From NCBI GenBank assembly GCA_900128585.1, contig LT642165.1:1-48420 (forward strand): a DNA stretch of 48,420 nucleotides, in the 5' to 3' direction. A program made the position numbers and the translations under genes. This document shows positions 10,693 to 23,500 of this stretch, in pieces. Position 1 is the first letter of the stretch. Every line of letters starts with the position of its first letter. The notes beneath the pieces were generated by a model. That model did no database searches. It was not told the origin of the DNA and was given only the letters and a program-made list of their open reading frames with translations. The DNA is from Stramenopiles sp. TOSAG23-3. Lineage: Eukaryota.

Positions 10693-11850
10693 TCACTCCG
10701 ACTCTCCTTCGTACAATTCCTTCGCCGTCCTGGACGCCTTCGTCCCCCTCATCAGTTTGTAACCCACCATTAGCAAAAGGTAAAACCAGAACAGATGCAA
10801 GCAGGTCAAGACACAAAGCAAAACGGTGCTCCAAAAGCAGCTGCCCGTCACGTAACAAGCGTGAGCCTGGTTCCAAGCCCCTTCCAAGCTCGTCGTGTTC
10901 GGGTCCCCGCAGGCCAGGTACCCCCCCCTTCGGACGACGCCTTTCCCCAAAATTCCACGCCAAATCACGTGGTAGGGGAAATAGTACAACCGAAAGTACG
11001 GCCAGGTGACAAATGTATTGAGAACGTACAGCGTCTCGGTAATATAAAGGCCATGGGAATCTTCCAATTTCAGGTAATTCGACATCTTCATCAGATCGAG
11101 CACGATGTCACTCGAGTCGTGTACCAGCAAAATGATGGTGCCTATGGCCAACTCCTCGTTGACGAATGAAAATAGGACCAGCATGACCGTTGCAATGTGG
11201 TGCGTCATCATCTCGGCATAGTCTTTTCTACGAGCCTCTAGCCATTTGCAGCTGAAGCCTGTCCATACCCACACAGCCAGTTGAAATACATAAAAAAGTT
11301 TGAACTTGAGATCGTACGACGCGCGGCCGCTGATAAACTCTGCCGGGCACGGAAGGAAACACGTCGCCGGGCTCTCCCACCATTCGGTACCTTGTATGAG
11401 GTAAACCTCTGCCACCGTCATAGAAAAGTGACAAGCGAGCTGCCACGATTGGTCAACGAACTTACGCCTGGTGAGAGGGGATTTCATTGGATTACGGCAG
11501 TCTTCCGGGATCCCTTTTCGTTTTCGACAGCTCGAAATGAAAAGGCCAACTTGAAGGGAGGCGTGCTTTACCACGCGCACACCAAACGCCACGGCGACGA
11601 GGCTCCCAACAAAAAAATAGAACATAAACAGGTCCGGGAGGGTGAGTAGTTTGTAGCAAAGGTAGAGAAGCAAGGCGAAGAAGATAGCACCAAGGGAAAA
11701 GTCCACGTATTTATTCACAGGCTTTACCGCCAAGTCCTCGTCTTTCTCCTTGCGCCCTGTCTGCCCCCCGCCCATTGCCCCGCCGTTCTTACCGACCCGC
11801 CCTCGCTGTCCCCCCCGTTTCCTCAAGACACTACCGTCCTTAGCAGCCAT
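10693..11850 (-). CDS. Ceramide synthase (Lag1/Lac1, TLC domain)
   Basis: Lag1 motif RKDYAEMMTHHIAT...LVHDSSD, KFVDQSWQL, multiple TM helices, LHLFWFYLL. Confidence 0.95.
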   Translation of the reverse strand: MAAKDGSVLRKRGGQRGRVGKNGGAMGGGQTGRKEKDEDLAVKPVNKYVDFSLGAIFFALLLYLCYKLLTLPDLFMFYFFVGSLVAVAFGVRVVKHASLQVGLFISSCRKRKGIPEDCRNPMKSPLTRRKFVDQSWQLACHFSMTVAEVYLIQGTEWWESPATCFLPCPAEFISGRASYDLKFKLFYVFQLAVWVWTGFSCKWLEARRKDYAEMMTHHIATVMLVLFSFVNEELAIGTIILLVHDSSDIVLDLMKMSNYLKLEDSHGLYITETLYVLNTFVTWPYFRLYYFPYHVIWRGILGKGVVRRGGYLACGDPNTTSLEGAWNQAHACYVTGSCFWSTVLLCVLTCLHLFWFYLLLMVGYKLMRGTKASRTAKELYEGESE

Positions 11851-13263
11851 ATTATTACCAATTCTTTGTTCACGCGACGTGTACTTACGATACCAACAAT
11901 TCCTGGATTGGAGACAAACAAAGCTTCACACTACTTTCTTCTGGCGCTTCTGGGTTAATTTGATAAACAATTCCAAAAAAATTATTCCCCATTTTGTTTG
12001 ACTTTGTAATTATACACAAAGAACAACAAAGAAAACAAATAAAAAAAATAATAAATAACAACATAAAAAATTAATTATTATTTAAAAAAATAATTATAAT
12101 AATAATGTCATTTACAACATGATGTGATACTGTAGTAAAAACCTTGGTATAATAATAATAATAAATAATAGCTAAAATAATAATGGCACACTGTAAGATA
12201 GCTTAAAATACTAATACACAACTCTATTACGTCTTCGTGTCTTCGTTATCGTACTTACTTCATAAATCTAATTTGAAGCCCCCCCCCATTTTATATAAAT
12301 ACTACAGCTTTATTTAAGGAAAGGATTGGTCCTCCAATTGATTGGTGGATTTCGATAGTGTCTATAATTTCGAAATTAATATGGAAGGCACAACACAACT
12401 TCTCCTCGTTGTTTGATCTGTAGAAAATAGTACAACATTCTACTCGTACAGTAGTCTAGTAACACAGCGAGGCCCTCGGTGGCTCCTTGATAGACCCGAC
12501 ACTGAAAAATAACTATAACTTGTCCTAGACTAAAAAATATAAGAGTACGAGGACTCGAACTAAAGAAAAAGCACGGCTGGTATTAATACTACTGAACTAC
12601 GGTGAAAAAAAGAATTAAAATCGGGCAGTAGTCCTGTCTATAAAAATATAAAAAAGAAGAGGAAGAAGAAAAATATGAACCACCAAAGGGGCACCAGGTA
12701 CCTGGAATACCTGGTATTAATATAATATTAGCTGTGTGCCTGTACCGTACGAATAGTATTACTAGTAAAAAAAAAATGTTACTGTATTAGTATATGATAC
12801 AAATAAAATAAGAATAATATTAATAATGACTGTATCTAATACATGTATACGGTACATGTATCATTTTTAAAAAAATAAAGACACCACCGCCGCCGCCGCC
12901 GCTGTTTTCCGTAAATTATTACTTCTTCGGTACTACAGCGCAAACTGACTATAAAAAAGAGCGAAACTCTACTAAATAAAATAAATAAAAATTATCTAAT
13001 GAAATAGTCGTCTACGGTAATATTATACAGTGTATGTAATATATTTATATAAAAAAAAATAATACACCACGCACGAATATTATAATAATTAATTAATAAA
13101 AAATAGAAAAATAATAATTATTCATTTTATTTTTTTTGAATCTTGAATTGAGAAACGAAAGTACAAATACTAAAATAGTGCCTGAAAAATTATTGGCATT
13201 GGCTTACGGGAGCCAATCGACATAACCATAAACAAGGTCCCAACCATATTTTTTGTATTAAAA

Positions 13264-14286
13264 ATGTCTGCCTTAGCAGTGGAGAAAGAGACGGATGAAC
13301 TTGAACTACAGGATTTTGATGTTATCGTAAAAGTTGCGCTGGGGAAATGCACTCACTCGATTTGTATAAATAATATTAAAGGCGTTACGGGTGCGGACGT
13401 AAAGGAATTGCTAAAACAAGGTTACTACCCAAACTTACCATGTAAATACATGCGGTTGTTGGTAAAAGGGAAAGAGATGCAGGACGCCGAATGTGTTTCC
13501 GAGTTTGTGCCCAAGAAGAAAAAGAAGAAAGATACGGTTGTCAAGTGCAAGCTCCTGTTTCAGTCAAGTTTTCACACCGACCTTTCAGAATCGCAGAAAG
13601 AGATCGCAACGAAATTGCAAGACGACAAGGCCGTGGGTATAAAGAAAAACGACGAGGTCGTAGAGACTGAGAGCGCTGCTGTCAGAGAGGACGGGGCCCC
13701 CCGTTCCATGGAGAACAAAGTTCACTTTATGGGCTTGCCTCCCGGGTGCAATTCAAAAAATGGTAGCATCCACGTTACAGTTATTCAGAGAAAGAGAAGG
13801 CACAAATTTTGCGTAGGCCTTCAGACCACAGTGTCGCAAGTTGGTACGAAGCTTGGGGAATTAACAGGCATAGACGTGCGCCGTTTTCAATTTTTGGCGA
13901 AAGGCAAAAAGGTTTCACTTGGTACTCTTTTTTCTGCCATTACAAAACAGGGTGGAAAATTGACGATGCGAGTTCTATTCGACGAAAAGTTTCATATCCA
14001 AAATGAAGGGCAAAATGTGCTTGAGCACGTGATCTCTTCTTTGGAAAAGACAGAAAAACAGGTACACAGTATGTATTCAAAACTAGCACACAATTTTTTT
14101 GACCATGCAGTGCTGACCTTGAGGGGGCAGTCATTTGATGAAGAATTGGATGCTCTGGAGCGAAGTCTGACGATAATCAATGTCAAACCATCAGAAGAGC
14201 CGAAGCGCGAGGTGGCTTTAGCGCGGTTGAAACTAGTACAAGAGAAAAATGCGAAAATTAATGGCATTTTAGAGAAGAAGGGGTAA
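13264..14286 (+). CDS. Protein with two ubiquitin-like domains and a C-terminal BAG-like helical bundle
   Basis: TGADVKELL...MRLLVKGKEMQD and TVSQVGTKLGELTGI...FQFLAKGKK (UBL patterns); amphipathic helical C-terminus. Confidence 0.7.
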   Translation: MSALAVEKETDELELQDFDVIVKVALGKCTHSICINNIKGVTGADVKELLKQGYYPNLPCKYMRLLVKGKEMQDAECVSEFVPKKKKKKDTVVKCKLLFQSSFHTDLSESQKEIATKLQDDKAVGIKKNDEVVETESAAVREDGAPRSMENKVHFMGLPPGCNSKNGSIHVTVIQRKRRHKFCVGLQTTVSQVGTKLGELTGIDVRRFQFLAKGKKVSLGTLFSAITKQGGKLTMRVLFDEKFHIQNEGQNVLEHVISSLEKTEKQVHSMYSKLAHNFFDHAVLTLRGQSFDEELDALERSLTIINVKPSEEPKREVALARLKLVQEKNAKINGILEKKG

Positions 14287-14585
14287 GTATAATTTTAAAA
14301 AGCAAGAAAATTGGCTGTTATTTATAAGTAATTAAATTTAGCTTCCTCATACCCTAATCCTAAACTGGTTTTGTAATTTTGTTTCGCTGTTGGTTGTCAA
14401 TCACTGAGGAGATAGATATATATTCCAATGAACAATTTAATTCCTTTAGTCCATTTAGTCCATTAAAAAAAGAAAACAACAAGAAAATTGGCTGTTATTT
14501 AAGTTTTAAAGTATAATTTAAAACAAGAACATTGGCTGTTATTTTAAGTAATTAAAATTAATGTATACTGCGAACTGAACTCTAA
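14285..14585 (+). repeat. Cluster of three family A copies (14298-14337, 14478-14503, 14520-14584)
   Basis: Three direct copies of CAAGAA(A/C)ATTGGCTGTT; the first is followed by a CCCTAATCCTAAA tract. Confidence 0.9.
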
Positions 14586-15037
14586 ATTTAGACAATTCAA
14601 GGTTTACATTTCTTTCATGTATCATAAGTATAATTTTTATAGTATTAACAATGATTGCTCCGCTGGAGAAATCATTAAGACGTATCGAATACTCTCATAT
14701 GATATGTGCACATGGCATAGTGGTTTCGCTTTCGGTTTCCCCCGAATACGTTGGTTTAGTGTTTTTGTTTTATGATAGAGGAAAAAGTTTACACTGTTCT
14801 CTTTTTCACTGGTCATAAAATAATTTATAAAAAACTAAATTAAAACGTTATTAATTTGTTGTAGTGTTAGAAACTGAAATTGTAATTGATATAAAATGAC
14901 AGTCTTAAAAAGCATACTATTATATAATAATTTGTTTTTAATTTTCAAAATTTGTTAATAAAACTAAAACGTACTTCGTACTCTATGTATGCATTTTCTT
15001 TTTTTCTCCATCTCCCCTAAATTATGATAAGTTAGCT

Positions 15038-16817
15038 CTATTTCTCACATCGCAATCCTTTCCCATCATAGGCTCCGTCCACAACGGCTACCCATACCCC
15101 TCGATTGCTGTCGTATATTGCATCGAGATGGTGCATCAACTTTTCATTCCACGAACCAGGATCGTTGCTTCCTTCGAGAACTGGCAGGCCGCCATTCAGC
15201 AACGTTTCCTTGTAATCATACGGCGTTAGCGTAAGTATTATATTTGCGTACAGCTTACTTCCATATTTCGGCTCTGCGCTCTGCGAAAAGCGTATCAGCC
15301 CCGTCCCTTTGTGATCGGCTGTCTGGATAATTCTTCCTCCAAGTCGACCACGAGTACAACTCTCTGAAAGATGCGTCACCGGGCTATGGGGATGCTCAAC
15401 GTAGGGCCCGCGTAAAGAATCGGAAACATACAGCCGCTGCCGCCATTCATTTGGTTGCATCGCAGTGGTTGTGAACAGATACCAATGCTCGTCATGTTTG
15501 ACTAAACCAGTGTCCTGGTACCAGGCACCTTCGAGTAACGCGTGAGAAAATTTCCAACCGAAAGGAAATTTATTCGATTTGGTCTGGTACAGTCTGACGC
15601 TATCCGATTTATGCGCCTCGGGTATCATGTAGCACATGTCATTTTCGCAAAACGTGTATGGAAAGCTCAAGTGAAACGTTTCTTCAAGGGCTGCTCCGAG
15701 GTACGTCCAAGAGACCCCCACGTCTTTGCTGACAGCAGCACCAATAAAACCGCGGAAGGCCATGTCCAAAGACTCAAAAAGCATGTAAATGTGACCATCC
15801 AAAGGACCAATCTGCAAGAATGGGTCGGCGACGAAGAGAGAAGGGATGTCATAAATATCGCCTACCTGAATGACAGGATTTTTTGGGGAGGTGGTGTCCA
15901 AGAATCCGCAACCAGTTTCTATTTTGAAGCGGTCGTCCTCCTCCATCGGGCGAAGGGATTCCAGCCTGTCTCCAAAATACATCCCTATGGACCAATCGCC
16001 TTGGTCGTGCCGGCTCACGTTTCGTTCGAACATACACGTTTTGGCACGGTGCTGCTTGGGGGGCAGGTACATATATTGAGATACATCTGCCACGAATGAT
16101 TCTGTGTGAAACTCTAACACGTTTTGATGAGCCCCTTTATATTGCTTTGCGCAACTATCACCGATGCATATAAGGATGGAGTAAGTCTCGATAGACCATT
16201 CAGATACCGGCCAACTGGGCACATGGGAAAAGTCAATAAACACTTTTGGCAGTGTAAGTTTAGCAACATGCCGCAGAAAAGCGGTTAAATAGTCAGCTGA
16301 ATGCCGAAATGTACCCACAGCAATTATACAATCTTGACTTTGAAAATGTCGTAAAACTGCATCGGGCACTGTAATACTTGGGTTTGTTTCAGGGTTTGAA
16401 ATGCCACCCTTAATGTCATGAAAGTGGGCGCGATAGCCCTTGGTCCGTACATACATAATTTGTGCCATCTGCAATCAGCACAATCACAGGAGAGGTGTCT
16501 TGCTCATATAATGACAACATATAACGCACTTCATGAATAAAAATATGGCGGCTCACGCTCTCTTCGGCGCACCCATCCCTATTTACACCGAGAGCAATGA
16601 CATCCCAGCCCCCCATTTTTGTCGGTGGAATGAATGTAGGGGAAGTTTGCACTGACACACCGCCGGAAGCAGCAAGCAGCAAAGACAGATTGTTTAGACT
16701 TTCACATGTTTTACAGTGATGTACCAAAACAGAAATCGCATGTTTATTTTCCGCAAATGTTTTATAACATGTACATGCTAGCTGAAGAAGAAAAACTATA
16801 CGGCGAAGAGTATTCAT
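15038..16817 (-). CDS. Secreted protein with a GINT1-N-like (GH43/GH32-type five-bladed propeller) domain; frame break at ~16439-16457
   Basis: Signal-like MNTLRRIVFLLQLAC at 16817; WSIGMYFGD, FVADPFL, GFIGAAVSKDVGVSW, HLSFPYTF, YMIPE, GSWN...HHLDA, VVDG follow the plant GINT1 N-terminal pattern; two overlapping ORFs. Confidence 0.8.
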
Positions 16818-17138
16818 CGCTATCGTGCACGTATATACTCGGAGGTAATGGGAGTGCAAAGAAAAATCTTTCTCCGGTTTTTATTTTTCAAACAAGAATC
16901 GAACACAGTGCACTTACGCGTTGGACTTTTATCCACGCGGGGGTTATAAGATTTGAATAAACCACATGATCGGAAGAAATAAATATTTTAAAATATGTAA
17001 TTATTAAAAAAAAAATGTGAGAAGAATATATTATTATTCTTCATTCTTCTTTTTTACTACTAACTCTCAGTGTAATAAATTACAAACAATTATTATAGAT
17101 TATTTTATTACTACTAATCTTAAAAAACTATATATTTT

Positions 17139-17229
17139 ATATATATTTTTTCTTTTATAATATTTTATGACCCTTACTACTACTACTACTACTATATATT
17201 TTTTCTTTTATAATATTTTTATGACCCTT
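17139..17229 (+). repeat. ~38-bp direct duplication separated by (TAC)n
   Basis: TATATATTTTTTCTTTTATAATATTTT(T)ATGACCCTT occurs twice. Confidence 0.85.
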
Positions 17230-17528
17230 CCTAATTTGCACTAATCATTGTCGATAGAGAATGGTAGTGCTGTGACGATCCGGCTGATAACTCTACACTC
17301 AGACCAGAATACAGTAGGACACAACTTTATTTTAGACGACACATTATTTTTGGCGCTGTTTTGTGGTGAGTGACAAGAGAATAAAAAAAACAAGGAACTA
17401 TCGAATTGTTGGAAAAAAAATGTATAGTGTTTCTACCAAACTACAACTACCGGTAGAGTGTAATCTAATTTATATTTAGGCTCTGTTCTGAAAAATAAGA
17501 CACAGCATGCCAGCGGGGGAAAAAGCTT

Positions 17529-20500
17529 TTACACAGTCAAATGGATAGTCGTGGTCTTGCTAGGGGACCCAAGGCCAGTTTCTTCTGTTTGATTACTTCC
17601 TGGAGCCTGGGATTGAATTTTTTTCAGCCCAAATTTCCCCTCTTCCTCATCACACTCGGGACAAAGCCACGCAGCCCCAGTCTCGGCAATTTTTTTTGCT
17701 CGCGCGACTGGCAGACCGACGCACTTCGGGTGGAACCAGTTTTCGCAATTTTCACACCCCAGCCAGAACGAACCTTTATCATCGGTCTCGGGAATCTGGC
17801 AAAGGCAATACTTGACTGGGCCCTTACTTTTAGGCCCCTTGATTTTCAGAGTCATTGGAGACGCTGGCAGAGGGGCTGCTTCTGCTTGGTCTTTCGCAAC
17901 AACTTTAATACGGGACGAGCGACGAGCACCACGAAGGACAGATGATTCTTCCAGTTCTTTTCGGCGCTGTTCTCTGGCTTCTTCATCCAAACGCTTCTTC
18001 TCTTCCTTTGCTCGTTTTTTTTCCTGTGCTTCTTCCCATTTTGCCCTCACTTCACTTTCGACCCGTTCTTCCTCTTTGCGGGCACGTTCTTTGGGGCGAT
18101 GTTCGGGGCAGAGATACGCAGAGGTTCCCGCTGCAAAGCCCCATCCCGTTTCGACAGCGCATGAAACATGAACGCTGTTACTACACTTGCCGACCAGGCA
18201 GCCGATCGTTGCGCCACGTTTACCACATTGGGGCAAGAAACATTTGATCTTTCTCCCCCTCTTTACTTCTTCGATGACCATACAGTAGTGAGACATATGA
18301 TCGACAAATACTTGCGGGCATAAATCGGCACAAGCTCGGTGAACCCACATGTATTCTATCACAGAACCGTCTTTTTTCTTCTTCACAACAAAAGGATGGT
18401 TCATAAACGGTCCTGGAATACCCTCGATGGAGTGTCCTTTGTTACAAAAGGCGCACAATTTATCCAAACCATCTTTTTCAACCGTCAAAGAAGTGTCTAC
18501 CGGATCGCTCTTGTCAGGCAACTCTTTTTTTGCCTTTTTACGCCCTCGTTTTCCGGCACCTGCGTCATCACTACTGTAATCCTCGTCCGAACTGGTTTCT
18601 TCCTCGGAACTGCTTTCTTCCGAGCTGGTTTCTTCTTCCCCCGAATCATCAACTCCTTCGTCAATCTCTGCGTACCCATGTTTCGGTCGCTTGACCTGCC
18701 GTGAACTTTTCCGACGTGCAACACCAGCTTCTTCTAGCTTCTGCCGTTTCGATGGGGGGCGCCCCGGTTTCTTTCCAGATCCAGGTTTCCTCCCGGGTTT
18801 TTTCCCCCAACGAAATGTGCGCCCATCCTCAAAGTGCTTTGGGCACACCATGCAGTTCCGATTTAAACGCAATGAATGTTTTTTGTCGCAACATGCCTGG
18901 TGGTAAGAGTCCGCACAACGCATACATTTTAATAGTTGGTTGTTACCAGTATCCGCATTACAAGATCTACACCGGTGCAGCGGACAATTAAAAGCCGACA
19001 TGCCTTCTTTTCCGCGCCACTTCGTGCATTCGTCTTCTTGCAGACATTTGGCATGATAAAACCGACCACACTGGGGACGAGCACAGAGAAATACCGCATC
19101 TTTCGGAGGCAAACCTTTGATCAAATGAGGGGGCGCATCTTTTCCAACTGTGCCGCACAGAGTGCATAAATGCTGTTTGCTCGTGCAGTCAGGGCACAAC
19201 CACGAGTCGCCTTCGGGCAAAGTTTCCAAGTTCACACATTTGGCGTGGAAAGTTCGCATACATGGGCCATCGCATATCAGCAACTGCCCACCGTCGAGAC
19301 ACAGTGCACAAAAATCGTTGTACACTTTCGTGGCTCGTTTCTTTTCCCGGTTCTTCCCCGGCTTTCTCCCCGGTTTTCTCCCAGGCTTCCGGCGCGTTGG
19401 ACCCCAGAACTCATCGTCGTCGTCATCGCTTTCAGATTCTTCCTTCTTGGCTGCATCTATGTTCGAAGCAGCACGGCTGGGTCTATTCCGCAGCCTGGTC
19501 CCTTCCATAGACTTCAACCAGAACGCTGCAGCGTTTGTGTCAGCTTCAGTGAATGTAGACTTCATGCAGGACACCTGCAGCACAAGTTTTTTGCATGTTT
19601 CCCATTCTGATGGACTTACATCATCTCCGTTTTGTTTTGCTTGCAATAGTTCGTCGACAAGCTCTGTAAGGTTACCCAAAAACTCCTTTTTCTTCTCTTC
19701 GGATTCAATTGCAGAGCCATCATTAAGCCTAGACATAAGCTCACGGGCAGACCGTACCCCCGGCATCACCAGATTCCAAAAATTTGGATCGTCCACGTCA
19801 ATGGTAGTGTCCGCTTCCGCCGAAGTAAATGTGTGCTTCGAGCTGGTATTGGCCGATGACACAAAACCATCCGCTTCCCCATCTTTATACACTATTTCCC
19901 GTGACCGTGTACTCAAAATGTGCTCAATGGTAGCCTCGCTAAATTCTCTACTGTCGTTATTGTCCAGCATTGCAAATGCCCCCTCTTTCAAAAGCCTTTC
20001 TAGCTCTTGGGCTTCTTCCTTTTTGTTTCCAGACGGCATCGCCCCTTCTCGGTTGGTCCCAAAAACACTACTGTCTCCGTGGGCAGTTCCGGACATAACA
20101 GCACGTTCCAGACCTAACTTAATGCTGGCCTTGTGGAACATCTGTGCCTCGTAGGACCGTCTAGTAATCAAACGGTAAACCGTTACCTCTCTCGTTTGAC
20201 CGATTCGGTGGCACCTTGCCAGGGCCTGAAGATCGTTTTGAGGGTTCCAATCACTATCATAAATGATAACTGTGTCGGCTGCCGTTAAATTTATCCCTAC
20301 ACCCCCTGCGCGAGTGGACAGTAAAAATGCGAAAGTTTGAGGGTCTGAATTGAAGCGATCGATGGATAGTTGCCGTTCATGTCCGTGTACAGAACCATCT
20401 AACCGCTCATGTGCGTACCCACGTCCATTCAAGTAGTTTCCTAAAATGTCCAACATGATTTTGAATTGCGAAAATATCAAAACTTTATGGCCCTCGCTGC

Positions 20501-23500
20501 GAAGCTTGGGTAAAAGCTTGTCTACAAATACTAGTTTCCCACAACAGTCAACCATCCGTTGAAGCTTGGCCCTCCAAACTCTTTCGTCGTGTATTTTTTG
20601 GGCTACAGCAACTTTCTCGGTGAGCTGCTTCAGCTCACTCGCGTAATCCACACGCTTCGCCATTTCATCTTGTTGCCCTTCGGACGGAACGAGGTCCGCG
20701 TTTTGCAACAGCTGGCGATTTAGATTGTCTATGCGGTGCAAGCGACTGCGAAGTTTCTGCAGCCTTTTTTTCATCGATGAGATGGACCCTCCAATAGTTT
20801 TATCGTCTTTTGCGCCTGAGGCGCCGCCACTTCCTAATTCCAACCATTCCACCGGCAGTTCGGGCAGCTTTGCAAGAACGTCGTCGAACTTTTTTCTCGC
20901 AGTGTTAGCTACCCATTCGCCATACAAATCCTCAAATTCATCCAACAACCTTTCGGCGTTTTCTGCAATTTCTGACCCTTCAGCATTGTATTGAATACAG
21001 TTTCTGAAAACCAAGCGCATATCTTTTGCAAATTTCGTGTGTTGTCCAAAGTAATGTTCTTTATCGCCTTTCATCCCTTTCAATCGAGCATATACTGTTG
21101 ACAAATCCATCGGTCGACGAATAACTCGATGGTAGTCTGGAACCACTTCAGGGTCTACAGGAAGCAGAAAAGGCCATGCCATATCTTTGTCAGCCAATCT
21201 TCTGAGCACAACTTCACAACCAGGCATTTCTACAAAGCTTGAATTTGATACACGTTTACGACGCTGGATAATTGAATCCTGGCGGTGCTCGTAAGTTTCG
21301 TCCTCTCGCTCGGCTTTTTGAATCAAAAATGCTTTCCACCGAAATTCGGTATTAACAGAAGGGTTGATCGGGCGCTGGGGTGCCACTGGGTAGTCGGTAA
21401 AGGACAAAGATTTTTTCGTAAACCAATGGACATAATGTGCAGTACATAACATACGAGGCCCCCAAGGGCCGCGGTTGAAATTTGAGGCTTCCCGAGCCCC
21501 ACAGTATCTACACCAATCTCCCTCGTAATCATCGTAAAACGATGGTTCGATATGTTCCACGATAATTTCCAGGGGTCCCCGCTTAACTTTTGGTTTTTGC
21601 GCAGGTTCTGGCTTCGCATCTTGTTCCGATTTGGCTTGCTCCTCACTCCCAGCCGAAGTCTCGCCCTGTTCGCTCCTCCCCATCACCGTTTCGTCGCTGT
21701 CGTCAAGATGCCCCTCCGCTAGAGCCTGCGCCAAAGCCAACGCCTCTTCATCGTCAAGGGCCGATAGTTGTTTCATAGATATGCCTTTATCAACTGCTTC
21801 CTGAATTCTCTCTTCCTCTCTGGCTTCAACTCCCTCAATCAAAAATGGATGATTGCAGCATTTTCGCAACTGCATATCAACATTCAGCAAGGCAGGCACG
21901 TTTCCGTGACAACCATGGTACAAAAACTCGCGGTTTTTATCAAATATTGCACGATAGTACTGTTTTTGCAATGTAGTCAATTCCACATCAATAATGGTTT
22001 CTTGCCTCGGCGGGATAGCAGTTTCCACTTCGTGCTTTAGCCGGCGCAATATGTGGGGACCCATAACATTGCGAAGCTTCTCCACGCCCTCACTTCCGGT
22101 TACAGTCCCGTACTCTTGCAAAAAATATGCTTCCGAACGAAATTCGCTGGGTTGGACAAAGTTCAGAAGTGCCCACAACTCACTTAGATTGTTCTGGATT
22201 GGGGTTCCTGTCAGCAACAACCGGTGGTCGGCACGTATGTGCGGTGGTCGTAAGTGCTCTGACAACTTCGACCGGGGATTCTTCAGCCGGTGCCCTTCAT
22301 CTACTACGATACTTTGCCAGGTGAAAGATCCAATGTGAACAAGATCTAACAGGACTGTCTCATACGTGGTCAACAGAATGTTGAATTTGCTGACAGTGCG
22401 ACTAGTTCTAAGTTTTGCAGAATCATTGTAGCGCCACTCATGTTTGCGAATAATTTCTCGCCCTTTTGCCCCACCAGTCTGGTCATAGTACACGCATAGG
22501 TTCATGTCAGTCCATGATTCTATTTCCCTTTTCCAATGCCCAATGGTCGACAGCGGTGCAACAATTAAGAATGGGCCACGAATTTGCTCCACGGCTCGCA
22601 GATGTTCCAGCATGGTTACCACTTGGCAGGTTTTTCCAAGACCCATCTCGTCTGCCAAAATACAGCCACGCTGACCGTACCAGTTTTTCAGAACCCAGTT
22701 AACCCCTTGGACTTGATAGCCTCGCAGCTGCAAGTTGCTCTTATAGACTGGGCTAGTTTTGTAGGGCACAAATCGTTTCAACATGCTGTTCGCAACCCCA
22801 TCGTAATCGGAAGGGTCGGCACCATCGTCATTTTCGTCTTCTGGGTCCTCATCGCCAAATGCAGATTTCAATTTCCGATCATGGTAGTACACATTTTGCT
22901 GCGTGTTTTCATTAGTCCCATCCCAAACGTAGTTTCCGTCATCCCCGTTTCCAGAATGCACTATTTCCCAGCCTTCCGGGGCAGATGAGAGAAGCTGCAC
23001 TTCATCCACAAGACGGGACACAGAAATTGCAACATCTTTAGAAACGCCCAGGGGCAAATCTAGCAACCACGCCGGGAGGTCTGCCAGTTCTTCGGCCTTT
23101 TCCTTGCTTCGTTGTTTTGCCTTTTTCCTCTGGTAGGCAGAACTTCTGGCTTTCTGGAGAGAGGTCTTGTATATCGTTGGGGGGGTCTGAAATATTCGAA
23201 ATCGACTAACTTTCAAGTCGTCGTTTATATCCTCTTCGTACTCCCACGTTGCCTCTTTGTAGGAACGGTCTTTCCATTTCACCAGGAACATAGAGCGCTC
23301 TCTACGATTTTTTCTCTTATTTGCGCGCCCCTTTTGGCCAAAGTTTTTCTTTAACACCCTGGCGGGGCGTTCAAAAATCATCGTCATTGGCCTCGATTGC
23401 TTCCCTACCGAGTTGACAACCTTCCCCAAGCTAGTATGCCCAACGGGAGTTTCCGTATCTCCTACCATGACGCAGATATCCCCTGGCTGTATCTTGGCTC

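Noticed and set aside
12520-12538. TAACTATAACTTGTCCTAG resembling the LSU rRNA/I-CeuI site
   Set aside because: Only a 10-nt exact match in AT-rich DNA with no flanking rRNA similarity.
12545-12605. tRNA-like A-box (TAGTTCAGTAGT) and B-box (GTTCGAGTCC) on the - strand
   Set aside because: No T-stem or acceptor-stem pairing, short spacing and an internal TTTTT; not a tRNA.
14285-14585. Repeated ~37-bp units as a CRISPR array
   Set aside because: Irregular spacing, dispersed copies elsewhere, eukaryotic context and no cas genes.
19150-20154. Long antisense ORFs (this 334-aa one and similar ones in the track)
   Set aside because: Shadows of real genes on the opposite strand with no independent motifs.
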